Below, one piece after another: positions 55,315 through 64,000 of a stretch of 64,000 nt of DNA. The DNA comes from Rebecca billardiae RCC1528. Its lineage: Eukaryota; Protista; Haptophyta. The DNA is taken from positions 62,001 to 126,000 of the forward strand of contig OZ251226.1 in assembly GCA_965240325.2 (NCBI GenBank), in the 5' to 3' direction. The translations under genes and the position numbers were made by a program. The notes under the pieces were generated by a model. That model ran no database searches. It was not told the DNA's origin and saw only the letters and a list, made by a program, of their open reading frames with translations. The stretch's first letter is position 1. The number at the start of each line of letters is the position of its first letter.

Positions 55315-57518
55315 TCAACCTGCCCAGCAGCACCACGTCCGGGATGGCCGACGACCCATCGCGACGAGCAGCGCTACTCTGCGGGGCCGCGGCTGACCGG
55401 TCTCCGCAGACATGACTCGTGACACTGCGACGTGAGACGACACCGTTGTAACCCGACGTAGCTACTATGGTTTAACGGCGTGATGATTCGTCTGACCACT
55501 CTGACTCGCAACTGATCCGCGCGCGCTCGGCGCCTGCGCATGCACAGTCGGCTGTCAGTCGTCGCGGCACCGATCACGATACTTGAATGTGATGTCCGGA
55601 TGCCAGTCGGCCCTCGCGGACCGCGCCCGAGCCGCCCGACCCGGTCACTCGTCGCGGCCCACTGGCGCGCGGACCGGCTGTCGTCCGGCACGCCGCCACG
55701 CGGCACGCCGCGAGACCGCACTTAGCCCCGCGTCTCAGTCTGACTACGCGGTCCCGTCGGGTCCCGCCAACTCAGCCGAGTGCCCGGCGGGGTCCCCGCC
55801 GGCTGTCAGCGCGGTGTAACGAGACCGAGTCAGTGAGGCCGCGGTAGTTCAGTGACTCAGAGTCAGATCGAAGTATAGACAGCATCAACTACTACGTCTC
55901 AGAAAAGCAGTCATCGGTATTAACTAGTACTATGATGCAAGTGCCAGGCAGGCCCGCGTCAATGCTATAGATCGGCTGCTATCCGCCGTCCGCGGTCACC
56001 GTCGGACCTCAGACGGACCGAACTGTGAGTCACACTCCTCACTCTCCTGCCCTGTCACGACCACTCGGTAGTCGTCACCAGCACGGCTCGGCTCGCCCGC
56101 AGGCGCAGCTCCGGGCAGTCCGACGGTCGCTGTCACACTCACAGACACAGGCAGTCTGAGCGGCACAATATAAATAACCGTACCGCGTGCTGCTGCAGCA
56201 ATAGCTGCGATATATTAATTACTGAAGCGAGACGAGGACTCATCATCCGGATCCGAGACGTGACAGCAGTCGACGATAGTCAATAGCCGGGCGTACGGAC
56301 CGTATACTCCGTAGGCTAAGTCGTAATAAGTGTATAATTAGTGGCGACCGAGCCGATTAACTACAACGCAGCAGAGCGACCAACATCAATAACGTGCTCA
56401 CATCACCACTGCCACTGCTGCAAGCTTCGACCAGTACCACGACAGACGAATCCGAGGAGGGCTGCGCCCTCGTGCCTGTGTCTTTAAATCATAGAATTAG
56501 TACGTAGCTTGATCTCGAGTCAGCTGATGAATCAACTACGGCCTACGGGCGGTACGGCTAGTTAGTCCATCAATGCGGTTCATTGGCGACTCCGAATCAA
56601 ATTCAAGTGGCTCCCTGACAGTATAGCAGTGGCACTCAATCAATCGTGAATCGACATTCTCGCGCAGTCTCTGCACGGCGGCAGCCTCGCAGATCAGACA
56701 GCGCGGATGAGGTGCGTTCGCAACTGGTGCTCATGGCGGGGCAGCTGTTTGGTGCACTCCTCAGTGTCGTGCCAACGCAGAGCCAAGCCAGCGTGCCGCT
56801 GTGCAGCGACACGCTTGTCTCTCCTTGGAACGCTCGACGAGGAGGGGCGGGTCACGTGTAGGAGGTAGCGCAGCTGCACACATTTCGATCATCTGCGACA
56901 GCAACCATCGGTCACGAGTACCCTGCTGCTAAGCAGTGCGCGAGAACGCAGCTCGCACGATTCAAGGCAAGCAGCGGCATGTGCGCGGGTGCGCGAATGG
57001 GTGCGAGTGCAACAGGCGACGAAGCGGAGGGCGAAATAGCACCACACGAGTTCACTGGGTGATTGTGGGCTCAACGCGGCCCATCGCACCGCCACTCGCG
57101 GCCGATGCAGCCCCGTCCATCCCCCGAGTCGGAGTGAACTCATCGCGCGCAAGGGCACAGGGCCGCGCGCCTGCGCCCCTCGCGCGCGCGCACTGCCAGA
57201 GGACACCCACAGCGACGAGTGCACTCTCCTAGCGAGACGCGTGCCGCGGGAAGATGCCCCCCGCTCTCAACCTCAACCGAGGCGCGCGAGAGGCGCTCTG
57301 GGTCCACGGCCGTGCGGCGCACCTCCGGCCGCAGCGATACCCGCGGAGTCTTCCGGAAGGGTTCGATTCCGGAATCCGGACCGACTTCAGCCGGTAGCCG
57401 AATCCCGCCGCCATACAGTTTACTGTTTAGAATAAGAGACGCACATGTACAGCTCAGGCAGGCGAGATATTAAATCATAGAATGAGTATGAAGCCTTATA
57501 ATCATATATGTGCACCCG

Positions 57519-59174
57519 ATGGCCACGCTCCTGGCCGCCACGGTCCTGTTCGCGAGCCACGCCCCGGGACCAGCCTCGGGTGTTCGCGCATCGCTGGACA
57601 CTGATACGCTCACCGTCGGGCGTGGACTTCCGATCGGCGAATGCTCGCGCCAAGCGCTGAGCGCGCTGCTACTCGTGCAGCCCACATCGGCGGCGGCCGC
57701 CTGCGCTGTGTGTGCGGACGGGTCGCGCGTCGCCGACCTGCTCGTCGACCCGGCCGACGTGCGCTCAATCGCCAGGCCGCTGGCCGATCTCCTCGGAGCA
57801 GGCGCTGACACTGTGACTGGCGCCGCAGTCACGATTCACGCGTGCCGCCCGCCCCGTGCGCCGCCAAGCGCGGAGCTGGCTGTGCTCGTGCCGACGATCC
57901 CCGAGCACGTGCGAGTGTACGCCGCGCTCGTGCAGTCGCTCGCCACGCATCTGCCCGCCCCGGGCGGCACTGCCGCGCCGTGGGACCTGCTGTCGGTGCA
58001 CAGCTCCGTCCGTGAGCTCGTCGAGGTCGCGCGCATCGCGCACGGCAGCCACGACCTTGCGCGCGTCCTGCCGCCCGGCTCCGTGTTTCGCTCGCTCCCG
58101 AGAGATGCGGTGCGCTTCCTGGTCTTCGACCCTGCGGTGCAGCCCCGCCTGCGCGAGCGCTGGACGTTCAAGTACACCTTCCAGTCGCTCAAGAAGATCT
58201 GGGCGTGGACGCACGTGCGGCACGAGCTCGCGCTCGTGCTCGACTCCGACTTCCAGATCCTCCGCCCGGTGGACGTGCGCGCGGTGGCACGCGCGCTCGC
58301 GTACGTGGTCCCCCTGACCAATGTCGAGGCCGCCGCCACGCGCAGGTTCCACAACGTGCTCCACTACGTGAACGAGGTGCTGCCCGAGCAGATGCGCCTG
58401 GGCTGGGACTACCCGTTTGAGCTGCCCTGGGTGATCGTCCGCCCGGCTGCGGCCGAGCTGCACCGCGTGCTCGGCGATGCGGCGGAGCGCGAGAGCGCCG
58501 GGAGCAGCCGTGACTACGTGGCGCAATGGCTCTCGGTGCCCAGCGCGGTCGCCAAGCCCCGCGCTCTCTTCGAGATCCTCTTGTACCGCGCGGTGCTGCT
58601 GCACGCCTTCTCCGCCAACGTGACGAGGCTCCCGCTCGACCAGGCGCTGTTCCGCCCGCCGAGCTCGACGTTGTCCCGCCAGCCCTGCAACGCGAGCTTC
58701 CGACGAGGCGTGTACGCAGCGTTGCCGGATGCGCTCGGGGCGGACGGCGGCGTCGGCTACGGCGTCACCACGGCCGCTGTGCTGTGTGCAGCCGCGTCTT
58801 GCATCGACAAGACGTCATCCAGGCGTCTTCATCGCAAGCCGGCGCATCTCGACAACGGACGCCCGTGGCTGCTCATGGAAGTGAATATGGATCGTAAGGG
58901 GCGCCTTCGACCCGAGCAGGAGGTGCAGCCTGTTCCTGCAGCAGGCAATGCCAGCAGCGACCTCAGCAGCCGCCAAACGCCGTTGCTGACTCCGATGGCA
59001 CCAGCGGCAGCAGCAGGCCGGCGCTACGGCAGCCCGGCCGCCTCGCTCACGTCGTGGCCGCTGGCATGCGCTGCACAGTGGCAAGGGGCCTGGGCTTGCC
59101 GATCGTACGCCCAAACGCTCGGGATCGATCTCGTCGCGAGGCCGTCCCGCCCGCCACTGCGAGCTCCGCTGTGA
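57519..59174 (+). CDS. Secreted/Golgi glycosyltransferase-like protein (GT-A DxD motif)
   Basis: Signal peptide MATLLAATVLFASHA; LAVLVPTIPEH; KYTFQSLKKIWAW...LVLDSDFQILRPVD (DxD); intronless. Confidence 0.55.
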   Translation: MATLLAATVLFASHAPGPASGVRASLDTDTLTVGRGLPIGECSRQALSALLLVQPTSAAAACAVCADGSRVADLLVDPADVRSIARPLADLLGAGADTVTGAAVTIHACRPPRAPPSAELAVLVPTIPEHVRVYAALVQSLATHLPAPGGTAAPWDLLSVHSSVRELVEVARIAHGSHDLARVLPPGSVFRSLPRDAVRFLVFDPAVQPRLRERWTFKYTFQSLKKIWAWTHVRHELALVLDSDFQILRPVDVRAVARALAYVVPLTNVEAAATRRFHNVLHYVNEVLPEQMRLGWDYPFELPWVIVRPAAAELHRVLGDAAERESAGSSRDYVAQWLSVPSAVAKPRALFEILLYRAVLLHAFSANVTRLPLDQALFRPPSSTLSRQPCNASFRRGVYAALPDALGADGGVGYGVTTAAVLCAAASCIDKTSSRRLHRKPAHLDNGRPWLLMEVNMDRKGRLRPEQEVQPVPAAGNASSDLSSRQTPLLTPMAPAAAAGRRYGSPAASLTSWPLACAAQWQGAWACRSYAQTLGIDLVARPSRPPLRAPL

Positions 59175-59594
59175 CACCAAGGTGACACGCAGCGCCCGAG
59201 ATACTGACACGTGCTAATGCCCGCGGACCTAAATAATACTACCGTAGTAGTGTACTAGTGTCGTCAATGTCATCATGGTTGACAATGACAAGCTAGATGT
59301 GGTACATCTGTCCAACGCCAACGGTCGGCCTTACCGTGCCGGTTCGTTGGTAGCCTAAGTCGTCGTTTTACTCGTAACTCGGCAAGCGGCAGTCGTCGCG
59401 CTTCGGAGCCCTCCGTTCCAGAAGGCGATTAGTTCGGACACGGTCCGGGAGGGGTTTAGGTCGTGGACGACCTAAACCCCTCCCGGACCACAGTGGGCGC
59501 ACGCGGGGCCGCGGCCGTTGAGAGGGGCGGGGGCGGGCGGGCGACGTCGACGTCGAGGCGGTCTACGCGCTCTGCTGTCGAGGAGTTGCTGTTT

Positions 59595-60584
59595 GCGCCG
59601 CGCGCCGCGCTGGCGGGGTGGCCTGGACCCATGCGCGCCTTCGAACCCCCGGCGACCGCGCGCGCATCGGCTTCCTCCGCCTGCGAGTCGCCCGCGACCG
59701 CGCCCGCCGCCCGCTTGGAGTGGGTTGACCGCGCCCGAGCCTGCTCGCCGCCGAGCGCAGGGATGAGTTGAGCGCGGCGCGAGGCGGCGATCGTGGTCGG
59801 GCGATCGCATGCGCCCATATGGGCCCCATCTGCCACGGCGCGACCGCTTCAGCATGCGTATGTGACGCCACTTGTCATGGTTGTCTCATGTCGCGTAGCA
59901 GGTGAGCACTGTCGGCCAGCGTGTCCGCGCGCGCGCGCGCCTGAGCAGGGCCAGACGGGTCTGAAACACGTCACAGTTGGCACCAGGGCATGCTGATTGC
60001 CGTGTATTGCCCAGCGTGGGTCACCAAGGGCATGCCCTTCACTGCACTGCCAGCTCGCAACGTGCGTCAATGCTGACGGCAACTCCAGTCGAGAAGAACT
60101 TGCTTGAGTTCTCGTCGCGAACACGGCATCAGCAGACGCCACATGACTACGGATGCGGACCACTCGTGCCACCCAGTTTGCGCAGTGCAGACATCACGAG
60201 ACGCCACAGAGCGGCATCCGACCCGCAGAGCCCTGCGCGCGCGCGCGCGCGCGGACACGCTGGCCGACAGTGCTCACCTGCTACGCGACATGAGTCAACC
60301 ATGACAAGTGGCGTCACATACGCATGCTGAAGCGGTCGCGCCGTGGCAGATGGGGCCCATATGGGCGCATGCGATCGCCCGACCACGATCGCCGCCTCGC
60401 GCCGCGCTCAACTCATCCCTGCGCTCGGCGGCGAGCAGGCTCGGGCGCGGTCAACCCACTCCAAGCGGGCGGCGGGCGCGGTCGCGGGCGACTCGCAGGC
60501 GGAGGAAGCCGATGCGCGCGCGGTCGACGGGGGTTCGAAGGCGCGCATGGGTCCAGGCCACCCCGCCAGCGCGGCGCGCGGCGC
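59595..60584. repeat. ~345-bp near-perfect inverted repeat with ~300-bp spacer
   Basis: 59595-59940 is the reverse complement of ~60241-60584 with few mismatches; the ORF track shows mirror-image peptides. Confidence 0.92.
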
Positions 60585-60917
60585 CCAAGTCACGTTTCTC
60601 TCGGGCCGCACGTCGGCCACGCGCCACTTGATCGCCATCCTGCCGCCACGAGCCGGGTGCGGGGCGCCTTGGAGGCGGAACAACACCTCGTGGAACGGGT
60701 GGCGGCCGCCGCCCGTCCTTCGGCCGTCGGCGTTCATCGGAAGGCGGCTGCTCGAAAACGACGGCTCTCGGAACTCGGCCGCTGATCAGGCTGGTGAGCA
60801 GAGCATCAATCTGCTGTGCATTTCCGCGGGGCAGCGGCCTAGATGAGCGCACGCCGCTGAGAGCGGAGGCTGCGGAGCGAAGGAACGAGCGCGGCGCCCT
60901 GCTCCGGCGCGCGCAGC

Positions 60918-61386
60918 ATGATCCCCCTCGACATCTGGTCGGCCTGCAAGCGCGGCAACCTGCGCGCCGTCCGCGCCATCCTCGACTCAAGCTCGGCCGC
61001 CGTGGACGAGCGTGACGACAATGGAGTCACGCCGCTCATGGTGCGCGCGGCGGCGCGGTGACACAGCGGGCGGCGTTGGCGGGGAGGCGGGGCTGCGCGC
61101 GCAGGAGAGCCGCCGCCGTCACCCGCCGGGCAGGCGCGTGCTCGGTCGCCGCGTGACGCCGCGACACTCGCCGCATGACGCGCGGCGCGCGCCGGCACCC
61201 GGGCGTGGCCCGTCCGCTGCGCCGCGCCGCGCAGCACGCGGCCTCGTGCGGGCGGATGGACGTGGTGGCCTTCCTCCTCGAGCGCGGGGCGGACATGTCC
61301 GCCCAGGACCTCGAGTCCGGTGCGCCCTTGCGCCGCGCCTCCCCCGCAGCCCGCGCGCGCTGCCGCCCCGCTCACGCGCGGCCGGC

Positions 61387-61419
<33 letters not shown>

Positions 61420-64000
61420 GCAGGGTGGTGCGCGATGCACCGCGCCATCTTCGCGCGGCAGCTCGGCGTCGTCTCGCTGCTGCTCAAGGCGTCGGCGCAC
61501 GGCAGCGGCGCGCTGCTCGCGCCGCTCGACCGCGCGGGCACCTCGCCGCTCGAGCTGCTGCGCGGCCCCGCGTCCGCGGGCGCGCCAGCCGTGCACGGCC
61601 GCGCAGGCAAGCTGCTCGTGTGGGGCCACGACTCCAACTTCACGCTCGGGCTCGCCACGGGCGCGGGCGTGTCGGACGTGCGCGTGCCCACTGTGGTCGA
61701 CCTGACCGACAGCGACACCGAAGACGATCAAGACGACGACGACGACGATGACGGCGGCGGCGACGGCGGCGGCGCGGACGGCGCGCCGGCTGACGCCGAC
61801 GCCGACGCCGACGCCGCCGAGCGCCCTCGCCCGCGGCGGCGCGCGCGCGGCGCGCTCGCGTGCGCGTCGGCCAAGTTCCACGCCCTCACGCTCACGGCGG
61901 ACGGGCGGCTGTACGCGAACGGCGTGGGCCGCGGCGGCCGGCTGGGTCTCGGCGACGAGTCGACGGCGGTGCTGCCCGTGCGCGTGCGCGGCGCGCTCGG
62001 CTCTGTGCGCGTCGTGAGCGTCGCCGCCGGACTCGCGCACTCGGCGGCCGTCACGTGCGCGGGCGCGGTGTTCACGTGGGGCGCGGCGGCGTCCGGGGCG
62101 CTGGGGTACCGCACGGCGGAGGACGTGCTCACGCCTCGGCGCGTGCCGCTCTACGCGCCGCCGCCCGCGGGCGGCGGCGGCAGTCACGGCGCGGCCGGCA
62201 CGCGCGCGGCCGCGCCCGCGCTCTCGCGCGGACCCTCGCTCGACTCGTGCGCCGAGATTGCAATCTCGGTGGCGGCGGGCGAGGCGCACACGCTGGCGCT
62301 GAGCGCGCGCGGGCGCGTGTACGCGTGGGGCTCGGCGGCGAAGGGCGCGCTCGGCCTGCCGCTCGGCGGTGCGGGCGGTGCGGGCGCGGCCGGCGCGGCG
62401 GGCGGCGCGGCCGGCGCGGCCGGCGGCGCGGGCGCGGCCGGCGGCGCGGCCGGCGGCGCGGCCGGCGGCGCGCTGCAGCTGCTGCCGCGCCGTCTGGAGC
62501 TGTTCGACGGCGGGCGCGCGGCGTCCGCCGCGGCGTGCGCGAGCGGCGGCGCGCCCGCCTCCACGCCGCGCGCCGCCCCCGACGCGCCCTCCGCGGCCGC
62601 GCTCGTGACGGCCATCTCCGCCAGCGGCCACCGGTGCGCGCTGCTGAGCGCGGACGGGGGCGCGTACTGCTGGGGCGAGGGGATCGGCGCGCAGCCCGTG
62701 CGCGTGCGCGTGCCCAAGGCCGAGCCGCCCGCGCCGCGCGGCGCGCCGCGCCGCTGCCGCGGCCGCCGCGTCGTCTGCGTCTCCGTCGGCTTGTCGCACT
62801 TTGCCGCCGCGTGCGCTGACGGGTGCGCGTGGGCGTGGGACGGGGCGCTGCAGCCGCGCGCGCTGCACTGCGCCGGCCGAGGCGGCGGCGGCGCGGGGCA
62901 CATCGTGCAGGTGAGCGCGGGCAAGTACGTCACGCTCGCGCGCTCCGCCGAGGGCGGCGTGTACTCCTGGGCCGAGAACTGGTCGCAGCTCGCGCCGCCG
63001 CCCACGGCTGTGCGCGTGCTCGGCGCGTCGCAGGCCGCCTTTGTGGGCGCGGGCGGCGAGGGTCGACTGTGCGCGGTGGTGACGGAGGCGGGCGTGGGCG
63101 TGCCGCGCGAGCTGCGCGCGGGCGCGCGCGGGGCGGGCGGCGCGCCGCGCACGCTGCAGCACCTCTGCATGGCCGCGCTCGCCCCGCACGTCACGCCCGC
63201 CAACGCGGTGGCGCTGTGCGCGCTCGCCTCCGCGCGCGCGCTCGGCCCGCTCGGCGCGCACGCCGCGGCGGTCGCGGCGGCCAACCTGCCCGCGCTGCTG
63301 GCGTGCACGGAGTGGGCGGCGCTGCCGCAGCCCGCGCTCGAGGCGCTCACGCGCGCGTGCGGCAAGGAGCCCGCGCCGCACCCGCGCGACGACGCCGACG
63401 ACGACGGCGTCGAGTGCTGCGGGCGCGCGCCGGCCGCCGCGCGCGGCGCGCCGCCGCGCGCCGCCGCGCCGCCGTCGGCGCGGCCCGCTGGCGGCGTGGG
63501 CGGGCGGCGCGGCAGCGCGCGCGAGCGCGGCGCGCTCGGCGCGGCGCAGAGCGCCTCGCCGCACGCGCCGACTGCCGACGCGCGCGCCGACGCCGACGCG
63601 GCGGGCACGCCCTCGCCGCGCGCGCCGCACGCGACGCCGGCGCGCGGCGCGCCGCACGGCGCGGAGTCGGCGCGCGCCGAGGGCGGCGCGCGCGGCGGCG
63701 GGGCGGAGGGTGCGGGCGCGGGCACGCGCCGCGCGCTCGGCGGCGCGCTCGCCGAGGCGAGCGCGCGCGCCGAGCCGCCCGCCACCGCCGCCGCCGCGCG
63801 GCAGCAGCGGGGCTTCGCCGTCGCGCCCGCAGCCGGCGCGACCGGCGCCGAGCGCGCCGCCGAGCGCGCCGCGCCGCAAACGCCGCCGCCGCCGCACGCC
63901 GCGCCGCCGCCTTCGGCTTCGGCTTCGGCTTCGGCCTCGTCGCTCGAGCAGCAGCTCGCCGCCATGTCGAGTGCGTCCATCGCGGGCTGGGGGTACACGC
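60918..64000 (+). CDS. IBTK-like ankyrin + RCC1-repeat protein, 3'-truncated; introns 61041-61234 and 61320-61423
   Basis: Spliced DDNGVTPLM|HAASCGRMDVVAFLLERGADMSAQDLESG|WCAMHRAIF, then LLVWGHDSNFTLG, AKFHALTLTADGRLYANGVGRGGRLGLGDE, VAAGLAHSAAVT..GAVFTWG, VAAGEAHTLALSARGRVYAWG. This order is typical of IBTK/Btb1. Confidence 0.85.

Noticed and set aside
61372-63998. Minus-strand ORFs of 841 and 604 aa
   Set aside because: The real gene is on the plus strand (RCC1 repeats) and is missing from the ORF track because it runs off the window.

Overview
Very GC-rich eukaryotic DNA with short GT-AG introns (typically GTGCGC...GCGCAG) and (TA)n tracts in the spacers. The style suggests an algal genome such as a pavlovophyte haptophyte; this is inferred from composition and not confirmed. 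The left 38 kb is gene-dense: a PIP5-kinase 3' part, a double-AP2 transcription factor, a GT61-like glycosyltransferase, an EamA transporter, three histone H2A genes (two with H2A.X-type SQ[D/E]F tails), a BRWD/PHIP-like WD40 protein and a Ser/Pro-rich membrane protein. It also holds a head-to-head pair of fused enzymes: WrbA-like flavodoxin+ABM, and aldo-keto reductase+2-deoxy-scyllo-inosose-synthase-like sugar-phosphate cyclase. The right part (39-61 kb) is repeat-rich, with TIR elements, three long inverted repeats, a 25-bp minisatellite and short dispersed repeats, interspersed with small orphan, ankyrin and glycosyltransferase-like genes; it ends in an IBTK-like ankyrin-RCC1 gene. The two most notable observations are (1) the AKR-DOI-synthase / WrbA-ABM pair as a candidate cyclitol (cyclohexanetetrol/quercitol) biosynthetic mini-cluster, and (2) a divergent 6-bp-stem/4-nt-loop hairpin (GGTGTA-TRTC-TACACC) in the 3' flank of all three H2A genes, each of which has a called or putative intron. 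All calls come from reading motifs by eye; no searches were run.
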